Positions 28,892 to 39,024 of a stretch of 64,000 nt of DNA are shown in pieces. The position numbers were made by a program, and so were the translations under genes. The first letter of the stretch is position 1; each line of letters opens with the position of its first letter. The notes under the pieces were generated by a model, which was not told where the DNA came from, searched no databases, and worked only from the letters and a program-made list of their open reading frames with translations. Origin of the DNA: an uncultured delta proteobacterium (GTDB lineage: Bacteria > Myxococcota_A > Polyangia > Polyangiales > Polyangiaceae); NCBI GenBank assembly GCA_963850305.1, contig CAWKKR010000008.1, positions 608,001 to 672,000 on the forward strand, in the 5' to 3' direction.

Positions 28892-29800
28892 ATGCGTTCC
28901 CCACGGCTATTTCTCGGCCTCTTTTTTGTTGCTGCGACCATGGGGACGGACGCTTCCGCGTTCACGCACGTGGTGCTGCCGGGCGAGACGCTCGCGTCGA
29001 TCGCCGAGCGTGTCTACGGTCGCATCCAGGAGGAGCAGATCCTGGTCGCCGCGAACGAGCTCGACGTGCAAGGGGGGCTCTCGATCGTGCCGGGCATGCG
29101 CCTGGAGGTCCCGACTGTCTCCTACCGGCGCGTGAAGAAGGGTGACACGTGGCAAACGATGGCCGCCGAGCGGCTGGGTTCGCCCAGGCGCGCGGACGCC
29201 CTCGCCATCGCGAACGGCACGAGCCCCTGGCTGCCCCCGGACGAGGGTGCAGAGATAATCGTGCCGTACAATCTGCGCGTCGTGGCAACGTCGCCGGACA
29301 CCTATCCGCAGGTCGCATACCGTTATCTCGACGACGCGAAGAAGGCGTGGGCGCTCCTCCAGTACAACGACAAGAAGGAAATCGAGATCGCGCGCGGCGA
29401 CACGGTGCTCGTGCCGCTCACGAACCTCCCGCTGACGGCCGAGGGCAAACGCGAGGCCGCCGCAGCCGCCGCCGTGGAGACGACGGAGTCGCAAGGAGAG
29501 ACGCGCACCGCCCAGCACCGGGTCGCGAACGAGATCCCGGCACTGATCGCGGACGTGCGGGACGGCCGTTACGTGGACGCGGTCCGTCGCGGCACCGGAT
29601 TTCTCGCCGTCGCGGGCCTGACGACGCATCAGCTCGCCGAGATCCACCGGCAGTTACTGGAAGCGTACACGGCGCTCGGCACGACGGGACTCGCGGCGGC
29701 CGAGTGCGACGCGCTTCGCAAGGCGGACCCGAACGCTTCGTTCGACCCGATGTGGACCAGCCCCAAGATCCTCGAAGCGTGCCACCACGGCGGCTCGTGA
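28892..29800 (+). CDS. Multi-LysM peptidoglycan-binding protein
   Basis: HVVLPGETLASIAERVYG, VKKGDTWQTMA and a third degenerate LysM; C-terminal TPR-like helices. Confidence 0.85.
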   Translation: MRSPRLFLGLFFVAATMGTDASAFTHVVLPGETLASIAERVYGRIQEEQILVAANELDVQGGLSIVPGMRLEVPTVSYRRVKKGDTWQTMAAERLGSPRRADALAIANGTSPWLPPDEGAEIIVPYNLRVVATSPDTYPQVAYRYLDDAKKAWALLQYNDKKEIEIARGDTVLVPLTNLPLTAEGKREAAAAAAVETTESQGETRTAQHRVANEIPALIADVRDGRYVDAVRRGTGFLAVAGLTTHQLAEIHRQLLEAYTALGTTGLAAAECDALRKADPNASFDPMWTSPKILEACHHGGS

Positions 29801-30720
29801 CGGACGTGCCCCTTCTGCGCGACGCCATCGACTGGGGTCGGCTCGCGCCGCTCCGGTTGCGAGCGCGCGCAGTCGCGGAGGGCGTTTACGCGGGCGCACA
29901 CCGGAGCCGTCGCCGCGGACCCGGCGTCGAGTTCGGTGGTCACAGGATGTACGTCCCGGGGGATGATCTGCGGTTCCTCGATCGACGCGCAACGATGCGT
30001 CACGGCAAGCTCTTCGTGCGCGAGTTCGAGACCGAGACCGATCGAGGACTTCGGCTGATCGTAGATGCTTCGAGCTCGATGGGTTACCGCAGCGCAGACG
30101 CGCCCTGCACGAAGTTCGCGTTCGCCGGGCTCGTCGGAGCGGCGCTCGCGCGCGTCGTGATCGGCGGCGCGGATACGGTATCGCTCGACTGGATCGGCGG
30201 TGCCGACGCACGCTCGCTCGGCGCCGCGGGCGGCATGGAAGCCTTCGATCGCATCGCGGACACGCTGGAAGCAACGCGTCCCGCCGGGGACGTCCTCGAA
30301 GATCCGGGTTCGCTGGATCGCACTTTCGAGCTGGTGTCCAGGCGGGCGCGACGCGGTTCCGTGGTCGTGCTCCTGAGCGACTTTCTGGATCTCCCGGACA
30401 TCGCGGAGGACAGACTAGGGGCGCTCGCCTCCAGAGGACGCTTGGTCGTCGGTCTGCGCGTGCTGGATCCTGCCGAAGCCAATTTCCCGTTCGAAGGGCC
30501 GGTCCGGCTCAGGTCCAGCGAAGGGGGCAAATTCGTCGAGACGGAGGCGGGCGCGGCGCGCGCGGGTTATCTCCGCGCGCTGGCTGGCAAGATGACGCGC
30601 TACCGCGAGAAGCTCATCGGTCAGGGCGGAAGGTTCGTCGAAGCGACGACGCTCGACGATCCGGTCGCGGTCGTGCAGAAGCTGCTCGCGGCTCTCGACG
30701 GCCAGGGAGACGGCGCGTGA
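29797..30720 (+). CDS. DUF58 protein
   Basis: GAHRSRRRGPGVEF..HR.YVPGDDLRFLD, VREFETE, VDASSSM, LSDF. Confidence 0.92.
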   Translation: MTDVPLLRDAIDWGRLAPLRLRARAVAEGVYAGAHRSRRRGPGVEFGGHRMYVPGDDLRFLDRRATMRHGKLFVREFETETDRGLRLIVDASSSMGYRSADAPCTKFAFAGLVGAALARVVIGGADTVSLDWIGGADARSLGAAGGMEAFDRIADTLEATRPAGDVLEDPGSLDRTFELVSRRARRGSVVVLLSDFLDLPDIAEDRLGALASRGRLVVGLRVLDPAEANFPFEGPVRLRSSEGGKFVETEAGAARAGYLRALAGKMTRYREKLIGQGGRFVEATTLDDPVAVVQKLLAALDGQGDGA

Positions 30721-32759
30721 CCTTCGTGGTCTGGGCCGCGCTCGCCATCGCGGGGTTCGTCGTCGGCCCGGTGGTCGCGCATCTGCTTCGCCGCGGGCGC
30801 GCGACGGAACGCGAGTTTCCCGCGGCGGCGCTCGTGCCTTCCATGACGAGCACCGCGCGCCAGCGAAGCCGGCTCGAGGATTGGCCGCTGCTCGTCATCC
30901 GGTCCGCGATGATCGTCGGGCTGGCGGTCCTCGGCGCCATGCCGCTCGTGCGGTGTGATCGGCTGTCGCTCGCACGCGCTTCGGGCGCCTCCGTCGCACT
31001 CGCCCTGGTCGTGGATGATTCGCTCAGCATGCGCGAGAGTTCGCCGCGCGGGGCGTCGCGGTGGGACCTCGCCGTGAGTGGTGCCTCCGAGCTCCTCGGT
31101 TCGGCGCGTGAGGGCGATGCGGTGACGATCGTGCTGGCGGGGCGGCCCGCGCGCATGGCGCTCGCTCCCACGACGGATCTCGCGGCCGCAAGGCGAGCGC
31201 TCAGGGAGCTCCGCCCGTCCGATCGCGCGACGGACCTCGTCGCGGCCGTCGAGCTCGCGCGGACTGCGATTCACTCACTGCCTCAAAAAGATCACCGGGT
31301 CGTGCTCCTGAGCGATCTCGCCGGGGAGCCCATCCCCGACGGGGTGCCCGCCGTCGCAACGCCCCTCGCGGAGCTGACGAAACCCGCGGCGGATTGCGGC
31401 ATCTCGTCGGCGACGCGAAAGGGGACCAAGATCGCCGTCGCCGTCGCATGCTCCTCGGACACAGCAGCAGTGGGGCGGACCGTCGAGCTCGTCGTCGCGG
31501 AGGCGCGTTCGAGCGGGGCTGCGGACGGCGGCGCGCCGCGTACCGCGGGCGACGTGGTCACTCAAGTACCGCTGGCGGCTCGCGGCGGCGAACAATCGGT
31601 GGAGCTCCCCGTCGACGGCGCAAACGCGACCTTCGACGTGCGACTCACGGGCGCCGACACGTCGAAGCACGACGACGAGGCCGCCGTCTCGGAAACGTCG
31701 AGCGTGCCCGTGGTCGCCGTCGTGGCGGATCCCACCGATTCGAGCGCGAAGACCGGCGGCGCCACGGTCGCGGAGCAGGCGCTGAACGCGCTCGCGGAGG
31801 GGTGGACCGTGCGGCCACTGCCCTTCATCCCCGATGACGAGAAGGGCCTGGACGCTTTCGGCGCGCTCGTCGTCGATGATCCGCGCGGGTTTTCGCCGGA
31901 AGCGCGCGCGACATTCGCACACTTCCTGGAACGTGGGGGCGTCGCGCTCGCGCTCCTCGGTCCGCGTTCGGCGAGCACGGAGCTTGGCGGCACGCTCGAG
32001 CCCTTCGCGCGGGGAGCGGCTCGGTGGGAAGACGCACAGGGCGTCGGCATCGACCCCCGGTCGGTCGCGTGGCTCGGACCGGAGTCGGCAAGCCTCGGAA
32101 ATCTCGTGAGAAAGGGACGTGTGCGTCTCGACGCTGCAAAGTTCGAGGGAGCACGCGTGGTCGGGAAGTGGACGGATGATGTTCCCTGGCTCCTGGAACG
32201 ACACGTGGGGCGAGGGTTGGCGTTGACGTCGGGATTGCCCGCTTCGCTCGAAGACAGCGAGCTCGCGCTCCGTCCCGGGTTCCTGGCGCTGCTCGATCAC
32301 GTGCTCACCCAGGCGGATCAGCGCGGAGGCTCGCGACGCACGACCGCCGGCGCCACGTGGACATTTCCCGAGGCGAAGCACGTGACCGTCCGCGGCCCGG
32401 ATGACGCGGTACCCGTCGTCGCCGAACCGAGCGACGAAGCGTGCGCCGAACGCGGTGCCCAGCCAGGCTGCGGTGACACCATCCTGGCCGCGACACCGAC
32501 AATCCGCGGCCGGTACGCCGTTCACATCGACGGTGCGACGGAGACGCGCGTCGTGACGCTCGACCCTCGGGAGATCCTCGACGAACCCCACCCGCGCGCG
32601 ACAGCGTTTCGAGCCGCGGCGGATTCCGGGGGCGCTCCGGTCAGCGCGTCGCGCGAAACCGCGACCGTTCTCATCGCGCTCCTCGCGCTCGAGCTCGCCG
32701 TGCGGCTCTTCCGCAAATGGACCGCGCGACGTCAGGATGATTCCGCGACCGCGACGTGA
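30717..32759 (+). CDS. BatA-N + VWA membrane protein
   Basis: PVVAHLL..R...FP, VVDDSLSM MIDAS, LLSD, C-terminal TM. Confidence 0.85.
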   Translation: MTFVVWAALAIAGFVVGPVVAHLLRRGRATEREFPAAALVPSMTSTARQRSRLEDWPLLVIRSAMIVGLAVLGAMPLVRCDRLSLARASGASVALALVVDDSLSMRESSPRGASRWDLAVSGASELLGSAREGDAVTIVLAGRPARMALAPTTDLAAARRALRELRPSDRATDLVAAVELARTAIHSLPQKDHRVVLLSDLAGEPIPDGVPAVATPLAELTKPAADCGISSATRKGTKIAVAVACSSDTAAVGRTVELVVAEARSSGAADGGAPRTAGDVVTQVPLAARGGEQSVELPVDGANATFDVRLTGADTSKHDDEAAVSETSSVPVVAVVADPTDSSAKTGGATVAEQALNALAEGWTVRPLPFIPDDEKGLDAFGALVVDDPRGFSPEARATFAHFLERGGVALALLGPRSASTELGGTLEPFARGAARWEDAQGVGIDPRSVAWLGPESASLGNLVRKGRVRLDAAKFEGARVVGKWTDDVPWLLERHVGRGLALTSGLPASLEDSELALRPGFLALLDHVLTQADQRGGSRRTTAGATWTFPEAKHVTVRGPDDAVPVVAEPSDEACAERGAQPGCGDTILAATPTIRGRYAVHIDGATETRVVTLDPREILDEPHPRATAFRAAADSGGAPVSASRETATVLIALLALELAVRLFRKWTARRQDDSATAT

Positions 32760-32774
32760 TAATCCGTGCGGGCC

Positions 32775-33338
32775 ATGAGACGCGCCTTCGTAGCGTTTGC
32801 CACGGGTCTGCTGTGGACGGGAGCAACCGCGATGCTCACCGCGTGTGGTTCGGCGGGTCCTTACGGGCATAGCCGCGTTTACTCCCCTCTCGACGAGGAG
32901 AAAGTCGCAACGACCAACTCTCTCGAATACGACCCCGTCATGGCCAAGCGGTCCCCCGAGAAGTGGAAGGGGAAGCTCATCAGTCTGTTCGGTGTGGTCG
33001 TCGACCGGCAGCCGGGCTCGGGCGGGAACGCGGAAGTGAAGCTGAGCGTCCGCACGCTCGAGCCACGCAATCTGTGCGATTCAGAGGACGAAGACTCGTG
33101 CCGCGTGACCGTGAGCGACCATGAATACGACGTGGTGCACGCGCTCCTGCACCTTTCGACGGCGGACGATCTGGGCGAGCACAGCGTCGGGTTGGGCTCG
33201 CTGGTGCGGGTGGTCGGCACGCTGAGCGACGATGTCGACCCGTCCGACGGTGAGCCCATACTCAAGGCGACGTACTATCGTCACTGGCCGCGCGGGTTCT
33301 ACGTGACGACGGCCGATCGTTCGCTGATGCGCCGCTAG
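32775..33338 (+). CDS. Lipoprotein with OB-fold-like domain
   Basis: LTAC lipobox; PEKWKGKLISLFGVV; YYRHWP. Confidence 0.75.
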   Translation: MRRAFVAFATGLLWTGATAMLTACGSAGPYGHSRVYSPLDEEKVATTNSLEYDPVMAKRSPEKWKGKLISLFGVVVDRQPGSGGNAEVKLSVRTLEPRNLCDSEDEDSCRVTVSDHEYDVVHALLHLSTADDLGEHSVGLGSLVRVVGTLSDDVDPSDGEPILKATYYRHWPRGFYVTTADRSLMRR

Positions 33339-33485
33339 GGCCAGAGTGGCCGGCGCGGGCCGTCAGGACCGTGCTCCGAAGCAAAGTGCCGGTCCGGCCC
33401 CGAACCTCTCCACGCTTTCACCTTCCTGTGCGTCCCGGAAGGCACTGCCTCGTCAAACGCCGCTGCGGATGTTAAAAGCGCTCGC

Positions 33486-34472
33486 ATGAACCTGCCCGCG
33501 CGACGAACTCGACGGTCCGCGGCTCTCGGAGCCGGCCTCGTGTGCGTGGCGACGATGGCGCACGCGACGATCGTGGAGCGGGTCGTTGCGATCGTCGGAG
33601 AGCAGGCGATCTTGCTGAGCGATCTGCGCGATCGGGCCAAGCCGTACCTCGCGCGTATCGAACAACAGTCGCCGGACGACGCACAGCGAGCGGGGGCGAC
33701 GTCGACGCTGTACGGCACGCTCGTCGAACGGCTGGTCGAGGAGCAGCTGGAGCAGAAGGCCGCGGCACACGCGAACATCACGGTGACGGCGCACGAGGTC
33801 GACGAGGCGCTCGACCGGATCGCGTCGCAGAACAACGTGCCGCTCCAGCGAGTGATGGACGAGGCGACGAAGAGCGGGCTCACGGAACAGAGCTACCGCC
33901 AGGAGATCCGCCGGCAGCTTCTCGAAGCGAAGCTGATGAACCTGCGGATCCAGGGGAGGCTCCGTGTGACGGACGAGGACGTCCACGCGGCATACCAGCG
34001 TCTCGTCGCGGACGAGCGCAAGACCCTCGGGTTCAGCGCAGCGTGGATCCGCGTTTCGGCGCCCCACTCGCTCGATGCAAAGACGATGCGGGCTCGACGC
34101 ATGGAGGTCGATCGGATCGTCGCGGCGGCGCGGCACGGAGCAGACTTCGGCGCGCTCGCCCGGGAGTACTCGCAGGACCGGGGCACGCGCGACTCGGGCG
34201 GCGTCATCGGCAAGCTCAAACCCGGGCAGCTGCCGGCGCAGCTCGACGCGGTCGCGATGAGCCTCGAGGTCGGCGACGTGTCCCCGCCGATCCGCTACGG
34301 CGACGACTTCGTCATCTTGAAGCTGGTGTCGCGCGACGAATCTCAGCTCCCGGGTTTCCAGGAGTCTCACGACGAGCTCGCCCAGCGCGTCTACATGGAA
34401 AAGATGAACGAGGCGCGCAAGCGCTGGCTCGACAACCTTCGCCGACAAACTCACGTCGAAGTACGGCTCTGA
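33486..34472 (+). CDS. surA: SurA-like periplasmic chaperone/parvulin PPIase
   Basis: VERVVAIVG..ILLSDL; GADFGALAREYSQD...GG; LEVGDVSPP. Confidence 0.85.
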   Translation: MNLPARRTRRSAALGAGLVCVATMAHATIVERVVAIVGEQAILLSDLRDRAKPYLARIEQQSPDDAQRAGATSTLYGTLVERLVEEQLEQKAAAHANITVTAHEVDEALDRIASQNNVPLQRVMDEATKSGLTEQSYRQEIRRQLLEAKLMNLRIQGRLRVTDEDVHAAYQRLVADERKTLGFSAAWIRVSAPHSLDAKTMRARRMEVDRIVAAARHGADFGALAREYSQDRGTRDSGGVIGKLKPGQLPAQLDAVAMSLEVGDVSPPIRYGDDFVILKLVSRDESQLPGFQESHDELAQRVYMEKMNEARKRWLDNLRRQTHVEVRL

Positions 34473-34535
34473 GCCCAGCGGGACGCGCACCCGTCGGGCG
34501 CCAAGCGGCAAGGGGGCCAAGCGGCAAACTGGACG

Positions 34536-34648
34536 GGGGAAGCCAAGGAAGAACCCCGGGGAGTTTGATTGTGTGCGCCTCAACAGGACGCGCAGGCCCA
34601 AATATGGCCTCGTGGGGGTGCGTGAGGTACCAAAAGCGGCCATTCCCC
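34536..34648 (+). ncRNA. Candidate structured RNA of unknown family
   Basis: Nested inverted repeats forming a ~113-nt rod, including G-U pairs on the + strand. Confidence 0.3.
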
Positions 34649-34652
34649 GTGC

Positions 34653-34682
34653 TTGACAGTCGCCGGCCGACTTCGAAATAAT
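34653..34682 (+). promoter_or_regulatory. Putative sigma70 promoter of the HK/PDE operon
   Basis: TTGACA-N18-AATAAT. Confidence 0.45.
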
Positions 34683-34789
34683 GCGACGATGGGAGGTAGC
34701 TTCGTGTTCCGTGCCTGCAGAGACAACGCAGCCACGCGGACACGCCGATCCAACGCGACGCTGCGGAAGCGATTCCGGACGGGCCGTTT

Positions 34790-36022
34790 GTGACCGACGC
34801 GAGCGCAGAGCGGCCGACGGCAGAGCAGCCCCCGCTACCGGGCGTGCTCGTAGTGGACGACGCGGAGGCGAGCCTCGTGGCACTGAGCGCGCTGCTCGGC
34901 GACATGAAGTGCACCGTCTCCTTGGCCCGTTCGGGCAACGACGCGCTCCGGCAACTCCTCGAGCGGGACTTCGCGGTGATGCTGCTCGACGTCCAGATGC
35001 CGGACATGGACGGCTACGAGGTCGCGCGACATGCCCGACAGAATCCGGGGACGCGAAACGTCCCCATCATCTTCGTCACGGCGAGCCCCGACACGGAAGA
35101 CACGCTCCTTCGAGGCTATGGGACGGGCGCGGTGGACTTCCTGTTCAAGCCGATCAACGGAGAAGTGCTGCGGAGCAAGGTCCGCGTCTTCCTGGATCTG
35201 CACGCGGGGAGCCAGCGCCTCAAGCGGGCGAATGCCGAGCTCGAGCAAGCGTATAGGGATCTTCGAACCACGCAATCTCAGCTCATTCAATCCGCGAAGA
35301 TGGCGTCCCTCGGCGAGCTCGTTGCCGGCGTTGCCCACGAGATCAACAACCCTCTCGCCTTCGCCCTCAGCCACCTCGACACGGTCGAGCGCAGTCTTTT
35401 ACGATGCAAGTCGGAGATCGGCACCGCATTGCCGGGAGCCGCCCAGGAGCAGTGGGATCGCGCGACGAATCGACTGGAGGAGATGCGCATCGGACTCGAG
35501 AGAATCCGTCATCTCGTATTGAAACTGAGAACCTTCTCCAGGCTGGACGAGGGAGAGCGGACGCTCATCAGCGTCAAGGACGGCATCGATTCGATCCTGA
35601 CGATCCTGGGTCATCGGTTCGGCGATCGAATCCAGGTGGACGTCACGATCGGCGAACCCGACATGATCGAGTGCAGTCCCGGTCTCTTCAATGAAGCGCT
35701 CGCCAACCTCGTGTCGAACGCCATCGATGCGATCGACGGCAAGGGGACGATCACGATTCAGGCGGGACGCTCCGGCGATTCGTATTCCATCTCGGTTTCC
35801 GACACGGGCCGAGGGATCCCCGAGTCGCTGCGCGAGCGAGTGCTCGATCCATTCTTCACGACCAAGCCGATCGGAGAGGGTACCGGGCTCGGGCTCTCCA
35901 TCTCTTACGGCATCGTGCGCAAGCACGGGGGAGTTCTCGAGATAGGAGCCGCCGAGGGCGGCGGGGCGCGGGTCGCCATTTCCATCCCCCTCGCACCGGC
36001 CGAAAACGAGGGATCATCATGA
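34790..36022 (+). CDS. Receiver-histidine kinase hybrid
   Basis: VVDD/LLDVQMP receiver; AGVAHEINNPL; NAIDA, DTGRG, FFTTK, GTGLGL. Confidence 0.93.
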   Translation: MTDASAERPTAEQPPLPGVLVVDDAEASLVALSALLGDMKCTVSLARSGNDALRQLLERDFAVMLLDVQMPDMDGYEVARHARQNPGTRNVPIIFVTASPDTEDTLLRGYGTGAVDFLFKPINGEVLRSKVRVFLDLHAGSQRLKRANAELEQAYRDLRTTQSQLIQSAKMASLGELVAGVAHEINNPLAFALSHLDTVERSLLRCKSEIGTALPGAAQEQWDRATNRLEEMRIGLERIRHLVLKLRTFSRLDEGERTLISVKDGIDSILTILGHRFGDRIQVDVTIGEPDMIECSPGLFNEALANLVSNAIDAIDGKGTITIQAGRSGDSYSISVSDTGRGIPESLRERVLDPFFTTKPIGEGTGLGLSISYGIVRKHGGVLEIGAAEGGGARVAISIPLAPAENEGSS

Positions 36023-39009
36023 TGACCGCGAAGAAGGAGCGGGTCCTCGTCGTCGACGACGAGCCGCAAGTGCTGGTGGCGCTCGAGGATCTCCTCGACG
36101 ACTCGTATGTCGTTCTCAAGTCGGAATCTCCCGAGCGCGCGCTCCGGCTGGTCGAAGCCGAGCCGGACATCGCGGTCATCCTCTCCGATCAGCGCATGCC
36201 GCACATGACGGGCGATGAGTTCTTCGCGCGTCTGGATGGACGGTCCGAGGCGACGCGCATCATGGTCACCGGATTCGCGGATCTGTCCGCGGTCGTCCGA
36301 GCCGTGAACGACGGAAAGATCTTCGCGTACGTCACGAAGCCGTGGAACCCGGAAGACCTCAAGCTCGTGGTCCACAAGGGCGCCGATTACTTCCGGCTCG
36401 CGAAGGAGCTCGCGTACGAGCGCCAGCTCTTGCACGATCTGATGGACAACGTTCCGGACGGCATCTATTTCAAGGATCTCGACCTTCACTTCGTGCGAGC
36501 GAACCGCCCCGTCCTCGCGCTGCTCGACGGCGGGGATTCGGCAAAGCTGGTCGGAAAGCGTCTCGTGGACGTTGCACCGCATGAGTCCGACGCGCTCGCG
36601 ACGGAAGCCGAAGAGCGCCGGATCCTTCTTCATGGGCGACCCGCCCTCGACGTGGTTCGAGGTTTCCCGCGGCACGGACGTCAACTCTGGATTTCGGAGT
36701 CCAAGGCGCCCATCCGGAGTCCGAAGGGGGAGATCATCGGCCTCGTCGGAATTTCACGAGACGTCACCGAACGCATCGAAATAGAGGAAGCCTTGCGTTC
36801 GAGCGAGGAGCGGCTGCAGCTCACGTTTCGCGGCTCCGCCGCGGGGCTCTTCGACTGGAACATCATCACCGGCGAGATGCTTTTTTCCCCGAGCTTCGGT
36901 GCCCTTCTGGGCCACCCGGAACCCGGATGGACGGAGTCGCCGGCGGTCCTCGCCGCGCGATTACATCCCGATGACCTGCCGAACGTTCGCCAGGCGCTCC
37001 GTCGGCATTTCGATGACCACGAGCCTTTCAACAACCTCGAATTGCGGGGGCTTCGCGACGGGGAGTATCACTGGTTCCTCGCGAGCGGGCAGGCCGTGTG
37101 GAACGACGCAGGCGACGCGACGCGCCTCGCCGGGTCGATCACCGACATCACCCTGCGCAAGGTCCAGGAAGCGCGTATCAATCGGCTGACGCGCATCCAC
37201 GCGGTTCTGGGCGGCATCAACGCAGCGATCGTACGAACCGTGGATCGGGATTCGCTCATCCAGGAATCGTGCCGGATCGCGGTGGACGTCGGAGAGTTCG
37301 CGCTCGCCGTGGTCGCGAGCGTCGACCCCGTGGAGTTGATTGCTTGGGAGAAGGCACGAGCTCCATTCATCGAGGTCGTGAAGAGCGCCATCGCCGGCGG
37401 CGGCGTCCTTCCCGGCGGGCTCCTGGAACGAATCCGCGACACCCGGCGTCCGCTGGTCTTCAACGACGTCGCCGCGGACGCGACCATCCCACTGGGCCCC
37501 GACCTGATCGGGCACGGTTACCGTGCGCTCGCGGTGTTCCCCTTGCTCACGTCCGGACGAGTCGACTGCGCGCTTGCGCTGTTCTCGGAACACAGTGGCG
37601 TCTTCGACAGCACCGAGGTGAAGCTGTTGACCGAGCTGGCCGAGAATATTTCATTCGCTCTCGAACACGCCGCCCAGGCCGAGCGGCTCAATTTCCTCGC
37701 CTACTACGACGCACTGACGAGACTGCCGAACCGCGATCTGCTCCGAGATCGCGTGTCCCAGCAGATCGCAGCCTGCCGTGGCAACGGGTTCAAGCTCGCG
37801 GTGCTACTCATCGACATCGGGCGATTTCGTCACGTCAACGAGACGCTCGGGCGCCGCGGCGGCGACGACCTTCTCGTGCAGGTAGCCGGCCGATTGAAGG
37901 CCGCCTTCGCTCCGCAAGACACTGTCGCGAGGTTCGACAGCAATACGTTCGCCGTGGTCATCGGCTCCGTCGACGAAGAATCGGATGTCGCGCTGTTCAT
38001 CGAGAATCGGCTCCTGCCGGAGCTCCGGGAGTCCTTCATGGTGGAAGGCACGGAGCTCCGGATCTCCGCGCGCTGTGGCATCGCCCTGTCCCCCTCGGAC
38101 GGCCAGGACCCGGACGCATTGCTCGGCAACGCGGAAGCCGCAGTCAAGAACGCAAAGTCAATCGGTCAAGCGTACATGTTCTACGCGCCGAGCATGAACG
38201 CGCGCGTCGCCGAAAAGTTGACGCTCGAAACCAAGTTGCGCCGGGCGGTCGACAAGGACGAGTTCCTGCTGCATTACCAGCCCAAGGTCGACTTCAAGAC
38301 GGGCTCCGTCGTCGGACTCGAGGCGCTCATCCGCTGGCGCGACCCGATGAATGGCTTGATCCCGCCGGGCCAGTTCATTCCCGTGCTCGAGGACACGGGG
38401 TTGATCCTGGAAGTGGGCCGCTGGGTGCTCAGGCGCGCGGCCGCGCAATATACGGAGTGGGTGAACCGAGGGCTTGCACCTCCTCGAATTGCGGTAAACG
38501 TGTCTGCCATACAGCTCGCGCAGAAGGACTTCGTGAACTCGATAGATACGATGCTCAAGAACCATCCCTTGGCCGCCGAGGGTGTGGATCTCGAGATCAC
38601 GGAGAGCGTGTTCGTCGAAGACCTGACGGGCAACGCGGAGAAGTTGCGATTGGCCCGAGCGCGAGGGCTGGAGGTCGCCATCGACGATTTCGGTACCGGT
38701 TATTCGTCCCTCGGGTACCTGAGCCGGCTTCCGATCGACGCGTTGAAGATCGACAGATCCTTCGTCATTCGGATGCTGGAGGATCCGCGCGATACGTCGA
38801 TCGTGACGACAATCATCTCCCTCGCTCATTCCCTCGACTTGAAGGTCGTCGCGGAGGGCGTCGAGACGACCCAGCAAGCGCATCTCCTTCGGCTCCTCAA
38901 GTGCGACCAGATGCAGGGTTATCTCGCGTCGAAACCGCTGCCTCCCGAGGAGCTCGAGAAGGTGCTGGGGACGACTCTCCTCGAGTTGAACACCAAGGAC
39001 TCATCCTGA
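36019..39009 (+). CDS. REC-PAS-PAS-GAF-GGDEF(degenerate)-EAL phosphodiesterase
   Basis: EALIRW, DDFGTGYSS, KIDRSF and EGVET intact; A-site reads RFDSNTF. Confidence 0.92.
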   Translation: MMTAKKERVLVVDDEPQVLVALEDLLDDSYVVLKSESPERALRLVEAEPDIAVILSDQRMPHMTGDEFFARLDGRSEATRIMVTGFADLSAVVRAVNDGKIFAYVTKPWNPEDLKLVVHKGADYFRLAKELAYERQLLHDLMDNVPDGIYFKDLDLHFVRANRPVLALLDGGDSAKLVGKRLVDVAPHESDALATEAEERRILLHGRPALDVVRGFPRHGRQLWISESKAPIRSPKGEIIGLVGISRDVTERIEIEEALRSSEERLQLTFRGSAAGLFDWNIITGEMLFSPSFGALLGHPEPGWTESPAVLAARLHPDDLPNVRQALRRHFDDHEPFNNLELRGLRDGEYHWFLASGQAVWNDAGDATRLAGSITDITLRKVQEARINRLTRIHAVLGGINAAIVRTVDRDSLIQESCRIAVDVGEFALAVVASVDPVELIAWEKARAPFIEVVKSAIAGGGVLPGGLLERIRDTRRPLVFNDVAADATIPLGPDLIGHGYRALAVFPLLTSGRVDCALALFSEHSGVFDSTEVKLLTELAENISFALEHAAQAERLNFLAYYDALTRLPNRDLLRDRVSQQIAACRGNGFKLAVLLIDIGRFRHVNETLGRRGGDDLLVQVAGRLKAAFAPQDTVARFDSNTFAVVIGSVDEESDVALFIENRLLPELRESFMVEGTELRISARCGIALSPSDGQDPDALLGNAEAAVKNAKSIGQAYMFYAPSMNARVAEKLTLETKLRRAVDKDEFLLHYQPKVDFKTGSVVGLEALIRWRDPMNGLIPPGQFIPVLEDTGLILEVGRWVLRRAAAQYTEWVNRGLAPPRIAVNVSAIQLAQKDFVNSIDTMLKNHPLAAEGVDLEITESVFVEDLTGNAEKLRLARARGLEVAIDDFGTGYSSLGYLSRLPIDALKIDRSFVIRMLEDPRDTSIVTTIISLAHSLDLKVVAEGVETTQQAHLLRLLKCDQMQGYLASKPLPPEELEKVLGTTLLELNTKDSS

Positions 39010-39024
39010 AGTAAGAGGGCTCGG

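Noticed and set aside
34536..34648. SRP RNA, 6S RNA or tRNA
   Set aside because: No SRP domain IV motif or cloverleaf, and too short for 6S; kept only as an unknown candidate
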